Source of the DNA: Isurus oxyrinchus
Lineage: Eukaryota
NCBI GenBank assembly: GCA_026770705.1
Contig: JANJGN010000002.1
Span: 44,268,001-44,332,000, forward strand
Direction: 5' to 3'
DNA length: 64,000 nucleotides
The notes beneath the pieces were generated by a model. That model was not told the DNA's origin, made no database searches, and saw nothing but the letters and a program-made list of their open reading frames with translations. Below, in pieces: positions 39,250 through 52,814 of this stretch (the first letter of the stretch is position 1; each line of letters opens with the position of its first letter). Both the position numbers and the translations under genes were made by a program.

Positions 39250-40590
39250 GTTCAGCTGTCTTTGCTGCTTCCACTCTTTCCTTGCTCACTAGCCCAAAAA
39301 TGTCCCACCCTGGATCCCCCTTCCCAGATCTGAATCCGCATTTTTCGACAGATTAATTTCATCCATTTCAAATTCTCTCCAAGTTCATCAAGTTCATGAG
39401 ACACACCCTCTTCTTCCTTGACCCCATTCTCTTCCTTACACCAACATTAGTAAATGATTCCTTTTCCTTTGGTACTATCTCTCTCATCTACTAAACCATC
39501 ATCATCACTCCGTCTCAAAAAACTGAACCTTGGCAGCTCTATCCACCCAGGTTAAAACTTCTCCATTCAGAAGACCCTCCCTGCAAAAGCATGGCATCAG
39601 CCCTACTCAAAAACAAGAGAGACATTCTCAGTGACTTCAACAGTTGACTTGACTTTGACATAATCTGTCAAACCATCCTCCTCCAACATCTCTCCTCTAT
39701 TATCCAAATGATATTGCCCTCTCTTGGTCCTGCTCTTACAAAGCCAACCATAGCTAAAACATCTGCAGCAATGGTCTCTCCTCCCACCTCTACACCATTT
39801 CCTTTGTAGACCCAATCCATAGGATCAACCATAACCACTTCCTCTTTGTCATCAACATGTCTTTGCTTGATGGCATCATTAGCTAGCATGGAATTCAATT
39901 ACCACATGTATGCTGATGATATTCACATCTATTTTACAACCACCTCTCTTGACCCCTTCACTGCCTCTTTGTTGTCAGACCCCTTGCCTTGGATGATCAA
40001 CGATTTTTTTCAGTTAAACAATGGAAGAACAAATACATTGTGTTTAGCCATTACGACAAGCTCCATACTTTCACTGCCAATTCTGACCCCTCTTCTTGAC
40101 CACTGGTTCAGGCATAACCAGATTGTACCATACTTGAGTTTATCTAAAAGTCTGCTGCCCCTATCATATTCCGCACACATTTCATTCACCTATCACCTAT
40201 GTCCTCACTGACCTGCATTGCTCCAATTCCAACATCTCAAAAAGGAAAATTCTCATCCTTGTGCTTAATATCCTTCACGGCCTCGCTGTTTCCATCCTTG
40301 CAACATTCTCTAGCCCTACAAATCCCCAGCCTAAACTCTCCATTCCTCTGCCCTTAATTTCTATGCATCCCCATTCTCTTTACCTCACCATTGGCCGTGA
40401 TGCCTTCAGCCATCCAGTCTGAAATTCCTTCCTTTAACTGCTTCACTTTCCTCTCCTCCTTAAAATCCTCTTTGACCAAGCTCTTTCTAAAATCTCCTTC
40501 TTTGGCTCTGCATCCATCTTTCTCCAGCAACACTTCTGAAAAGTACTGTTGGCAGCTTTTCTACTTTAATGGTGCTATATGAATACAAGT
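39250..40590 (+). mobile_element. L2 LINE remnant (continues 37560-37970)
   Basis: Peptide YHMYADDIHIY (RT catalytic motif), KILILV..SFTASL-like C-terminus, and GGTGCTATATGAATACAAGTT L2-type 3' end. Confidence 0.75.
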
Positions 40591-40594
40591 TTAT

Positions 40595-40935
40595 GGGGTA
40601 TGGTAGCACAGTGGTTACATTACTGGGCTAGCATTCTAGAAGCCTGAGCTAATGGTCCAGAGTTGAGTTCAAATCCTAGCACTAGGGAATTTAAATTCAG
40701 TTAATTCAATACATGTGGAATTTTTAAAAATCAGTAATTGGTGACCATGAAATGACCAGGTTCTCCTAAAACCTCTAGTGTTCTTCAGGGAATGAAATCT
40801 ACCATCTTTATTTAATCCGGCCTATATGTGATTCCAGACCCATAGTTGTTGACCCTTAACTTCCTTCTGAAATGGCCTAGCAACCCATTCAGTTTTATAG
40901 GGATGGGTAGTGATGCCCATATCCTGTGAATAAAT
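40595..40935 (+). mobile_element. tRNA-derived SINE with LINE-like tail
   Basis: Box A TAGCACAGTGG, box B GAGTTCAAATCC; 3' end CCCATATCCTGTGAATA resembles the LINE end at ~50825 (CCACATCCTGTAAATA). Confidence 0.7.
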
Positions 40936-41994
40936 AGCTTTTAAGAAATTATTATTTTACTTGACCTAATTTTCATGTGATCTGTATCAGATTTCCTATC
41001 AAAATGGTTTGACATAAAATCCATGTAGTTTACGCTGACCAAAAAGTTACAAAGCCAAGTCACAAACAGATCCAGCTAAATGGATCCTAATCCAATTTCC
41101 TAAAAATTGCCTGATCATTCTCCATTTGACATGAAAAGACTACCTATCCCATGAATTCATTTTTGGAAGGGTAGAAATTCAGTGTTACTATGGGTAAGTG
41201 GTCTCCTTGTACTTTTTATTTTCAGTACACCATTCTTCATTCACTTTTACTTTGTCAACACAATCAACAATGAAACCCTATGAAATCTGCAGACATCAAC
41301 CCTTATGAAACTTACCTACACTGTATGTCAAGCAATCTGATGAAGAATACTTTTCACCTTTGGTGTCTTACCAAGAATTATATGCACTGGATATCATCTG
41401 CAATATCGGCAATATGTTATTACAATACTGATCAAGATTTTTGTTTCACATGGCTTCGGAATGTTATGCACAGAACTTAAATGCTGCATGTTTAATGGAA
41501 TTGGTGCTTAACTGGTTGAATCAGCTGAATAAGGACTGTACTTGTTCATCTTTCTGCTGTGTTGTACTGTTAAATAAGCATCATACATACTGGGTGCTTA
41601 TAAATTATTATAAGCCTATAAACAAGGAACATTTCCTTTATATTTTAGAATCAGTCAATAAGCATTAAAATAAATATGGCAGGCTCGCTGGTTAGATTTA
41701 TATAATCAATGTGAGGTGATGCTGTGACATTAAGAAGCAAGTGAAATGTAAACTGCTTAGGATTAATATCAATTATTTTAGCTCCCAGTGTTAAATACTT
41801 CTAGGGAGCTGTAAGGTTGTCAAAGAAATGCTAATTCAGTACCAATTTTAACTTTAGCACCTCTGATGTTTTTTAAATAACAGACAAAATTAAAATCCTA
41901 ACATAATCCTATACATCTTCATATGGTTTGAAAAAAAGAATGAGCACAATCAAATATAAGTTTTTCACATAAATTTTAAACATAAATTTGTTAA

Positions 41995-42860
41995 AAGAAT
42001 ATTCCACAAAGGCCATGGGCCCTGACAACATCCCAGCTGTATTGCTGAAGACTTGTGCTCCAGAAATAGCTGCCCTCTAGCCAAGCTGTTCCAGTACAGC
42101 CACAATGCTGGCATCTATCTGACATTATAGAAAATTGCCCAGGTATGTCCTGTCTACAAAAAGCAGGACATATCCAATCCAGACAATGATGACTCCATCA
42201 GTGTACTCTCAATCATCAGCAAAGTGATGGATCAACAGTGCTATCAAGCAGCATCTACACACAATAACCTGCTCACTATTGCTCAGTTTGCTACTCAGCT
42301 TCTGGCTTCATTGGTCCAAACTTGGACAAAAGGGCTGAACTCCAGTGGTGAAGTGAGAATGACTGCCCTTGGCATCAAGGCAACATTTGACCGAGTGTGG
42401 CATCAAGGAGCCCCTCCGAAATGGGAATCAGGATGAAAATTCTCCACTGGTTGGAGTCATGCCTAAGCACAAAAGAAGATGGTGTGGTTATTAGAGGTCT
42501 CAGCCCCTGAGTTCCTTACGGTAGTGTCCCGGGTCCAACCACCTTCAGCTGCTTCATCAATGATCTTCCCTCCATGATAAGATCAGAAATAAGAAAGTTC
42601 GCTGATAGTTGTACAGTGTTCAGTATCATTCATGACTCCTCAGATACTGAAGCAATCCTTGCTCCTATGCAGCAAGACATAGACAATATTCAGGCTTGGG
42701 CTGGTAAGTGGCAAATACCATTTGCACAACATAAGTGCCAGGCAATGACCATCACCAACAGGAGAGAATCTAACCACCTCCCCCTACATTCAATGGTATT
42801 ACCATTGCTGAATCCCTCAACATCAATATCACGGGGGTTAACATTGACTAAAAGTTTAAT
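41995..42860 (+). mobile_element. CR1/L2-group LINE RT fragment
   Basis: KAMGPDNIPAVLLKTCAPE, ALGIKATFDRVWHQG, KFADS (degenerate YADD). Confidence 0.85.
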
Positions 42861-44068
42861 GCCAACAGCCCAACATATTAGTGTACCAACAATGTGCAAG
42901 GCAAAAGCAACATTTTAGTTTGGCCATCAGGGAGGGACACCAGCCACTTCCCCACAAAAAAGAAGAGAAAAATAAATTATGAATGAGCCTGATTATTCTC
43001 ATACTACTCCCAGTGGCCTGTCAAATAGTAGCATAAACAAAGCCAGGATGGGAAGTCACCTAGTTGTCCCTCAATTGGACAATAGTGGGATCCGAAAAGA
43101 TGGCAGGAAAAATAAACATAAAAAAGGGATGGGACATAATGGGAGAAAAAGAAAAATAGCATGGAATTATGTATGGTTTCACATCGCAGCAAGCTTGCGA
43201 ACAGTAACTAACTTATTACAACAATACAGGTTCATAGACAAAATGTTCATTTCTTAATATAGCATTCTTTCATTTATAGTAAACTTATTTCAGTGAAACA
43301 GCTCTCTCTGGATTTGCATCTCAGATATTACCAACAAATTTATACAACGCTGGTGCATGAACAAAACTGAATTAAAATAATGTAAGCACATAATTAAATG
43401 TGGACAACAAGGGTATTTAAGGCATTGCTATATGTAAATTTTTGTAGAGGATAAGGATTACAGTAGCTGTTGCAAGAGTTTTCATTAATGCTGTACGGAT
43501 ATTAAATCGAAAAGTAATCCTACCTTTGCTTCTTGAGTTATGATCTTGAAAATGTAATATAAAAATTGCATTACACTAATTCAAAATTGAAAAGAAAAAA
43601 TAATCTTACCAAGACATTACAAATGTCATTATCCTGACTAAAGGTAAACCACATGCAGATCGTTTCCATAGATTCTGACAATTAACCTCATTCCAACCTT
43701 CTGCAAATATTCTTAGTCACTGCCTTGTCAAGCTGATGTTGTCAGGATCCCAATATAGCTCTTTAATTTTTAATTCCTAGGATCTCAAAACTATAAAAAT
43801 CATTACCTTTTTCAGGCTTACCCTACTTCTATAGTGTTCAAACTTTTGAAACCCAAGTTAGGTGTCACCTAATCACTACATTTTGCTTTACTACCTTAAC
43901 CATTTAAGCTTTTCAGTATCCTCCATTTTGGGCTTTAGCAATTAATCTTGGCTTCTAAATAAAAATACAATGGAGGCACATTTTCCAATAGTAACTCATG
44001 TGATGCAACTGAATATTCAGTTCTTGTATAAATTTGGTGATTTTGTTGCATCCAACATGTCACTTCTA

Positions 44069-44204
44069 TAAAAACAAAAAAACTGCAGATGCTGGAAATC
44101 CAAAACAAAAACAGAATTACCTGGAAAAACTCAGCAGGTCTGGCAGCATCGGCGGAGAAGAAAAGAGTTGACGTTTCGAGTCCTCATGACCCTTCGACAG
44201 AACT
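44069..44204 (-). mobile_element. Short Penelope-like terminal fragment with hammerhead motif (44166-44204)
   Basis: Nearly identical to 27610-27751; minus strand AGTT-CTGTCGA-AGGGTC ATGAG GACTC-GAAA-CG-TC-AACT. Confidence 0.8.
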
Positions 44205-45114
44205 TGACTTCGATCGTAAATTTAACAATAAAAATGTCAAACCAAATCACCACCTTCATTTTTGTGTTGCTATATTGTGGGAAAGTGATACCAAAAACAA
44301 AAGTAGCAGCATCTAAAACAAACAAAGGCTGCCACTGACCTCGATAGCCAAATTCCTGTGTTCACCCTGGAAGTAGTTCAATGCTTGGGAAAACTGTTGA
44401 AGCAAACAACTAAAATTCTCTTCACTAAAGTTTTCTCCTCTTCCCTCAGGAAGGCAATGCCTTACCTTAGAATGCATTTCCACACTCACCTAGTAGCTAT
44501 TTTTAGTGCATGAATACAGCAGAAAAGTTGGCCCTACCTTTACACTATAGGATAAAAACAGTGAGCTGTTTGCTTCCAAAGGAAATCCAACTTTGAAGGG
44601 AGTGCAGGTTAGAACTAGGACTATAACATATTAACCTCAATTCTTCTAGTGAGCCCACAGAAAATAGCCAAGTACAGCAAAGGCCAAGTTAAACATGTGC
44701 AAAAAGTTGACCTCTTATTCTACTCGAGTGAAGGGGAGACAGGAAATGAGAAAAAAAGCTCGCCGTTGTGTCCACGTACTTTGGCTTCAAACAAAATTAA
44801 TCTGCTACAAAATTATTTGAGAGTTTAAAGAGAAGATCATTATGGATTGTCACAGCTTATTTAATTTTGCCGTATATTCTAAATGCTACAGTTTTCTCCA
44901 AAATTCTACGTTATGATAAACATTAAAGATGCATGGTATGGTTGCAAACAGGAGATACAAAGCTGTTTTAATGCAGACATAAATTAGGAATATTTTTGTT
45001 CTGGAAAGCTACTCCTTTGCCACAACTTGAATGGGTTTTGATAGATGTAATGCAACCAAAGAGAGTGAGATTGAACCATTCCAGGGCAATGATTTCATGG
45101 CAAATATATGATGA

Positions 45115-45195
45115 TTCCCTGGAATGGGACTCTGAACACACAGCCCTCTGATTGAAAGGTGAGACTGCTACCCAGTGAGCCACAATTGACAATGA
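45115..45195 (-). mobile_element. tRNA-derived SINE head fragment
   Basis: Minus strand TGTGGCTCACTGGGTAGCAGTCTCACC..GTGTTCAGAGTCCC (box A / box B-like). Confidence 0.5.
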
Positions 45196-45555
45196 GCCAC
45201 ATGTGCTCCCACCACCAGTGTGAATTTGGAAAATTACCCAGGATTTTCAAACTTAGTTTACATGCATGTTTACCTGATACTTAGAGTGCTTTAGCTGGCC
45301 TAGTTTTTGTTGTGATGGTTAACAGGTAATTTTATCTTCAATACATTTTTAATCTTTTTAGATTATTGAAGATTATCTGTGAAATAATTTTGAATCAACT
45401 AAATTACACTATTTTTGTGGGTTGGATTATGCTTTCAATCTCAGATATGGAGTAATGACTAATGTTTATATGATCTAAATAGTTATAGAAACACCTGGAA
45501 TATCACAATCCATACCAAAGCCAATTAATATTATGTGCATTATCAGAGCAAAAAG

Positions 45556-46254
45556 GCCTTAATTTTTCAGTTTGCATGTGGGGGCAGGCCTGACTTGCCG
45601 GCACTTAAGATGATGTGCAATGATGTCGGGCATGTGTCCCGTCGTCATTGCGCTGTCTTGTGATGTTTCGTTCCCTGGGCATGCGCCAGAGTTGACTGTG
45701 CACCCGCTGATATTTAAACGGCCTATTAAAGCCATTAAGGAAGTAATTAAGGTCATTGTTTACGCTGCCCGTCCAACCTTAAGGTTGGCGGGCAAGCGAA
45801 AAGGCCAAGCTGCCTTCACGCTTTTCAGGAAACCTCATCCACGAGCGGGATGAGATTTCCTGAAGCTTTTATGAATGAAATTTTTCAAATTTCTGAAATA
45901 TAAAGACATGTCCCATCTCATGTGACACAGTCACATGAGATGGGACATGTCTAATTCAATTTTCGATCCATTTATTTATTTATTTCAAAAGCACTTCAAT
46001 CTCCCTGAGGCAGCTCTGTGCCTCAGGGTAAATGAAGCGCTCTTTTGCGCATGTGCGAAAGAGCACTGGCCCTGACTCTCCCTCCTCCCCTCGCCTGCAC
46101 AGATTGTGCTGAGCACCACCGCTCATGTATTACGCTAGGCGGGCCTTAATTGGCCCACCCATGTAAAATGGTGGTGCGGAGCCGATCACGGGTGGCTACG
46201 TGACTGCCCCACCTGCTCCCACTAAGCCCGGCCGTCTACTGAAAAATTCAGGCC
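45556..46254. mobile_element. Harbinger-type MITE, multi-hairpin family (opposite orientation to 12696)
   Basis: TIRs GGCCTTAATTTTTCAGT / ACTGAAAAATTCAGGCC; hairpins at 45773, ~45827, 45904-45952 and ~46003. Confidence 0.85.
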
Positions 46255-46989
46255 TATGTATTAGTAACTAAGTGCAGCTCACTCCCTATATCACAATGAA
46301 CTGCAAGAAATTATTAACTTCTTGTAACATTTATTTTCAGTGGAATTTGGGGCCTTTTACCTGCTGAGTTTGCAGAAAGCAGATAAAGTGTTCCTAACGC
46401 ACATGTGAAGATGAGCTGGCACATGCTATTGAACAAAAATCATTAAAGAAATGTAATTACATGGACAAGTAACAGTCACAATTATTACACACTAGTGCTA
46501 GTTTCTAACTTCATGGCTACCGGTGGGGAATCTCACCCACCGAAAGCACATTCTGGAAATTCTGCTTCTGCTTTGGTTGACTAAATCCATATTCCACCAA
46601 CATTTATATGGGTAGCACCAGCTAAACCAGGCATGACCTGCTGAGGTGGTAGTCCCAATAATGAAAACTTTTAAATGGAAATAATCTAAAGATGGGTCTT
46701 AAAGGTTTCAAGTGATGGGGCTTTGACTATTTCCTTTGGTAGCTTGTTCCGTTATGGAATTGCCCTTGGGAAGAAAGATTGTTGATACAGTGTTTTGGAA
46801 ACAAATGGCCTTTGTAGGTTGTGTGGATGGCTACCTCATATTTTTTCATTGCCAGAGGGCAGTAGGTACTTGCTTCTGTTAATTCCCACCAGTCCACCCC
46901 ATATTTTATAGAACATGGTCAGTCTATTTTTTTCCCTTGTTTACTGTAGCAATTCCCGTTCCAGATCTTTGGGCAAGCATGTGACCCTG

Positions 46990-49760
46990 GTGCATTTCCC
47001 ATAATGATTCCATACCGACACCCCAAATTAATGGTGTGAGAATCAGGGAGCAGGAACCTAGTGGCCTCTCTCCAGATGGCAGTATTCCTGTTCCCTTCAC
47101 TAATGCCCTTGCAGTTGCCCATCAATGGGCAGCCTCCACTGAGGTGGTGTAATCTGAAGCAGGCCAACACAGCCCACAGCCCCTTGAGAGTGTCAGAGGA
47201 GGACATCTGAACTGCCCTCTTCACATTCTCAGCATCCATGCTGCTGCCACTCAGGTTCCACTTCACAGAAGCATCAGAGTGGACAGCAGCACTCCAGGAT
47301 ACACATTGGGAATAAGCCCCAATGTGAATAGTTTAATATTTGTAGGCGCTATTGGTTGTGTGATGCTTTCATTGTTTATTTTCTAAATGAAGACTGATTA
47401 TGTTAATAGAGTTGTGATGGAATTGGTGGCCGTTTTTGATGTGTTCTTCATGGGAGGTTGTTGAAAGGATTGAGCGCAGCCCCTGGATGGCTTGATGGTT
47501 CCTCAGTCATAGATAATTTTACATGTGGCAACAGTGTCTGATATGGAGAATATCTCTCAAAAGCGGTTTTCGATTATTGGTGAGGACAAGGTGCACATGC
47601 ATTCTGCTGCAGAGGACTCAGATGGGGGACTTTGATGAGGCCGGCCACAGAAGAAGGCTGACGGGTATGTGCAATGAAAAGCTTTGTGCAATTTTAAGGA
47701 GCATCAGAAATCTGGCATCAAGTTGATGCATGGCTTTAAGCGCAATTTGAAGCCCATCCTTTTCAGCATGGAAGTGGTGACCAAGTTGATTAGAGCACTT
47801 GCAGATCAAAGCTTGATGCAGTATCTGATGGTCAATGTCTCAACTCCCACTGCAGCACAAACAGAAGCCACCCAATGTTAGGGTGCTGCAGTGGAAGCTC
47901 AAACGTCGGTTGCATAAGCTCAGACTGCTGCCACCATGGGTGCAGATAGCAGTGTGAAATGGGGTTTGCAGAATGTCATGGCAGTCCAGCAATCTGTCTT
48001 CCAACAAATTACTAGGATTGCTGAGGTGCTGCCCTGGGGAGTGGCATGGTTCCATTAAGCATGAACCTGCTATCCTCTCTCAAGAAGACAGCATGTGTCT
48101 TCCCATCACTGCCATTCCATCACTGTCCTTGCTGTTGCCTATTAGGCAGCCAGCTCAGACTGCTGCTACCCATGCTGAGATATTGCAATCTAAAATGGGC
48201 TTTCTAGAGCTGCTCGAGGTCATCCTGCAAGGCTATCTGCTGTCTCCTCTGCTGAAAGTTAGCAGCTTTCCACCAGTCATGTTACATCCACTGGGTTAGA
48301 ACAGTATAGGAACACTGGGACAAGCAAAGACGCCCCTACAAGACAGGTATTAAGGGAATGTGCAAGGATGATTAGTTGACATTTGCATGCAATATGGCAG
48401 ACTTTGAGTTATAAGTTTTATTTGGAATGTTTATTTTATGTTGCCTTTTATTTTTGCATGCGGCCAAGTGAACTGTGATGTAAAAACAGAAAATGCTGGA
48501 AGAACTTAGCAGGTCTGACAGCATCTGTGGAGAGAGAAACAGAGTTAACGTTTCAAGTCCGCATGACTCTTCTTCAGAGCTCTAAAGCTCTGAAGGTTGG
48601 CTCCTCCCTTCCTCTTTCTCCACTTCCTCCTGCTCCTCAGCTGTCTCCATATAGCTGGTGGCAAGAGCTCATGATGGCGAGGTTGTGCAGCATGCAGCAC
48701 ACTACCATGAATCTTGATGCCTACTCAGCTGAGTATCCCGGAGCTCTTCCAGAGTGGTCCCGGCAGTGGAACTATTGTTTCAGCACCCTATGATCTGCTC
48801 TATCACATTTCTTATGGAAGCATGACTTTTGTTGTATACATGCTGCCCACATGTACTGGTTGTACACCAGGGTCATGAGTCATGTCATCAAAGGATAGCA
48901 CCTGTTGCTCAGTTACAGCTCTCTGGTTTGTAGTGGTGTCTTAAATGTAGATGGCATTTCAGGAATCTGCAGAATCAAGACATCATGACTGCTTCCAAGA
49001 TACCAGGCACTGGCCTGAATGATACTCTGTGCATGATTTCACACCAATAACACAGTGAGGGAGTAGAATCTCTTTCAGTTACGGTGTATCCTAGGGTTGA
49101 CACACATTGCCTGCAAAACAACGTACATACAGCAATGGCACCCTGCACCATGGAAAGCCTGTAAGCCTTGCAAAGCTGTGTGCTTGCTCTGCCTACTTTT
49201 CTCTGGCAAGAGAGAATGAAATGTATTCAGCTCTCTTTGCACACACTGCCTCAGTGACATCCCTTATGTAACAGTGGATGGCAAACTGGGAGATGTTGCA
49301 AATATCACCTACGCCAGTCTGGCAGGAGCCGAATACATGAAAGTTCTTGGGCATCGTCAACTCCACAGCCACTGGCAATGTAGTCTTCGCTCTGCTCTGA
49401 GGTTGCAATGTGGCTGCAATAGATGTTACGTTTCAGTGAAGACGTCCTTCCTGAAGTAGAGACATCTGATACACTGTTCCTTGCTGAGGTTCAGGTAGGA
49501 GAATTGTACCCTGAACAGCCTGGGCAGATATGGCCTCCTTCTAAGAAGCCTTCTTCCCTTCCTCCACCTCCCTCTTCTAGCAGCTTGTCCTGCTCTGTTC
49601 TGCCTCTGTTCATTCTCAGTGTCAGGTTATAATTCAAGGGGAATGCCTATTGCTGCCTCCATGCCTGTGAGTAATTTATGCAAAATCCTTGAAGTCAGGA
49701 CAAAGTCCAATAGCTGCAGTGTTGAGCTGTAAGATGGACTTCAAATCAGTATTATATATT
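46990..49760 (-). mobile_element. Decayed autonomous-type Harbinger: HARBI1-like DDE transposase pseudogene (~48660-49600, minus) with a probable convergent partner ORF remnant (plus)
   Basis: Minus peptides TTLPVAVELT..GDICNISQFAIHCYIRDVTEA; NRN*KRFYSLTV; WYLGSSHDVLIL; HASIRNVIEQII..; VVCCMLHNLAI. The partner ORF assignment is inferred from element architecture. Confidence 0.8.
48481..48582 (-). mobile_element. Short Penelope-like terminal fragment with canonical hammerhead core
   Basis: Minus strand AGCT-CTGAAGA-AGAGTC ATGCG GACTT-GAAA-CG-TT-AACT followed by ..CCACAGATGCTGTCAGACCTGCT..CCAGCATTTTCTGTTTTT. Confidence 0.75.
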
Positions 49761-49809
49761 GACTGATGTCACAACTTGTATGTTCTTTTAGCAAACATCC
49801 CCATACATG

Positions 49810-50850
49810 TGATAATGCCCTCAACAAGTTGGAGTCATACAAGATGGTTATAGTTGTTGGAGGTCAATCATCTCAGTTCCAGGAAATCACTGCAGGAATT
49901 CCCCAAGGTAGTGTCCTAGGCCCAGCCATCTTCAGCTGCTTCATCAATGACCTTCCATCCATCATAAGGTCAGAAGTGGGATGTTTGCTGATGATTGCAC
50001 AATGTTCAGCACCATTTGCAACTCCTCAGATACTGAAGCAAATGCAGCAAGACCTGGACAGTATCCAGGCTTGGGCTGACAAGTGGCAAGAAACATACAC
50101 GCTACACAAGTGCCAGGCAATGACCATCTCCAATAAGAAAGAATCTAACCATCACCCCTTAACATTCAATGGCATTACCATCACTGAATCCCCCACCATC
50201 AACATCCTGGGGCTTACCATTGACCAGAAGCTGAACTGGAATAGCCATGTAAATACTGTGGCTACAAGAGCAGGACAGAGGCTAGGAATACTGCAGCAAG
50301 TAGCTCACCCCCTGACTCCCCAAAGGCTGTCCACCATCTACAAGGTAAAAGGTACAGGAGTGTGATGGAATACTCTCCGCTTGCCTGGACGACTGCAGCT
50401 CCAACAACACTGAAGAAGGTTGAAACCATCCAGGACAAAGCAGCTGCTTGAGTGGCACCCCTTCCACAAACTTTTACTCCCTCTACTACTGACACAAACA
50501 ATGGCAGCAGTGTGTAATATCTACAAGATACACTGCAGAAACTCACAAGGCTCCTTAGGCAGCACTTGGCAAACCTACCATCTAGAAGGACAGGGGCAGC
50601 AGATACATGGGAACACCACAACCTGCAAGTTCCCCTTCAAGTCACTCACCATCCTGACTTGGAAATATATCACCATTCCTTCACTGTAGTTGGATCAAAA
50701 TCCTGGGACTCCTCCCTAACAGCACTGTGGGCGTACCTACACCATGGTGACTGCAGCAGATCACCACCATCTTCTCAAGGGCAATTAGGGATGGGCAACA
50801 CTTGTTGGCCTAACCAACAACAACCACATCCTGTAAATACATTATTAAAA
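49810..50850 (+). mobile_element. CR1/L2-group LINE, RT to 3' end, frameshifted
   Basis: ITAGIPQGSVLGPAIFSCFINDLPSIIRSEVG followed out of frame by MFADD; QQDLDSIQAWADKWQ; ILGLTIDQKLNWNSHV. Confidence 0.9.
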
Positions 50851-51784
50851 ATGGCATCCACCACAGTTTGCACTTAAATAGTGCATGCTCACTGGAGCTA
50901 AAACGTCATTCGTTGCACTGAGAAACTAGATGCTAAGGAGCCAAATTTTGCAGTCGCTATGTTTTAAAGTTCTTAGTTTGGGGGGGTGGGGTGGCATAAT
51001 AAAGACATTATCATGGCGGAAAGATAAGAATTTAGGGCAAAGCCTGGATCCACTATGTTTTCACTCCACTTCAATTACAAATTCCAACCTGGATGGCTTT
51101 TTTGCCTGCCACCCCTCTTACTCAATAGCGTTTTGGGACTGTATGTGGGAAAATCAATAGACTATCTTGGGAATTCTGCCAGAAGCACTACTGATACATC
51201 CTAATGAAAGCTGACATGGGTTCCATTCTGAGCTGAGAAAATTGGGGCCCACAGAGCAGGTGAATCAATTGCCAATGGAAGGGAGACAAACAGCACTCTG
51301 GGAGGTGAAAAAAAATGTAACCTACCTATTCTTTTTCCTGACAAGGCCTTTAGGTCCCTGCCCTCTGAACAAACAGATCCCCTTCTGAGATTCCTACGGC
51401 ACAGAGGGGTGGACAATTCTGTTGCACCTCCAAAGGATCACCCACCCCTATCACACAAATGATCCTGTGAACGATATTTGAGAAGGAGATCATGGCAAGA
51501 AGAAAGCAGCATGCATAAGGTCAGTGTTTTATTTTCAGTCTTTTCTTCTGCATTTTGAGACCATCACTGTACTTGTGAGATATACTGCTCCAGATTTCAT
51601 CTTCATATATATTGTATACTTTTCACTTGTTATGGTTGATTATTAACTACATTTAGCAGAAAATTTCCTTGTACTATAACAATTATTAGTATGTCGATTG
51701 TTGTTGATTGCTTCCTGTGATAACGCTTTGAATTATCTCCTGTAGCATTGTGCACCAGAAATGAAAACAAAACGCTACCTTTAG

Positions 51785-51968
51785 GTGGAGTGGGCTAGAA
51801 ACTGGGGTACAGTTGGACCAATTTGAAAAACAGGAACATATAGTTGATTGGCACATAGAAGCTTATCTGCAGCACAGGCTCAGGAACTGGGAGATGCCAA
51901 ACTGGGATGTTACTGCACCACCATTGTTGGAAGAGTATAATTACAGTATGAAGAACACACATTGGCAG
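51785..51968 (+). CDS. Candidate internal exon of an unidentified gene
   Basis: CCTTTAG|G acceptor and CAG|GTTTGT donor bracket 184 bp open in one frame: WSGLETGVQLDQFEKQEHIVDWHIEAYLQHRLRNWEMPNWDVTAPPLLEEYNYSMKNTHWQ; stops lie just outside both sites. No family recognised. Confidence 0.35.
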
Positions 51969-52658
51969 GTTTGTTAAAAACATGGACATAGGAATTCAAA
52001 ATAGAATATGTTTACACAGAGGTGTGACAAAAACATGACATCTGGAAAAGATGCTTTTATAGACAGTATGAATGTTTAGAATCTTAGAGTAATATCAATT
52101 CTATATTACATCAGTGAACTCTCCTGTTGTAAAACAGCATAGCCTCTGACCCACTGTGAACAATGCCACGGATCATTCATTTTATTTTGTTTGATAATTA
52201 TGCATGAAATTGGTCAAGGTGACTCAAAGGTTATGCTATTTTACAATAGAAAATTCATTCAGCATCATTTGGTATCACAATTAAGTTTTCAAGCTGGTGC
52301 CAGTTTTATTTGTTAGTTATATAACACCAGCTTGCAAACTGAATCGCCATACAACAGCAGATGATACTCAGAAGCCAATATAGCAGATCCAAAGCATTCT
52401 GACAAACAGTCAATTCATCTGTTCTTTCCACAGACACTGACTGGCCTGCTGAATACTTCCAGCATTTTCACAGCATTAAAATATATTTCAGTAGACCCAG
52501 GAACCCAGCCTACAAAAAAAACTCCGTGACGGAGAAATTATTGCAGTAGCCCAATGTGAATATTTAAAGGTGCATTTGTGAAAAAAACATGCATTCATGG
52601 AGCTTTGGTATATATTTCTAGATGACATACCAAATACTATGAAGGAATCATATTTACT

Positions 52659-52775
52659 GGGCAGAATTTTATGGCCCCATTTTGGCGGGGACGGGGCCGT
52701 AAAATGCGGTGAGCCATTATAAACCCCATTGATGACAGCGGGAATGTAAAATCCTGCTGTCGTAAAATTCTGCCC
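52659..52775. mobile_element. Very short Harbinger-type MITE
   Basis: Perfect 13-bp TIRs GGGCAGAATTTTA / TAAAATTCTGCCC. Confidence 0.8.
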
Positions 52776-52814
52776 GATGTGTGGGACTTTAGCTTGCTTT
52801 GCATTAGAATGCAT

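Noticed and set aside
48660-49600. Domesticated HARBI1 gene
   Set aside because: Multiple stops and frameshifts; sits in a decayed transposon context.
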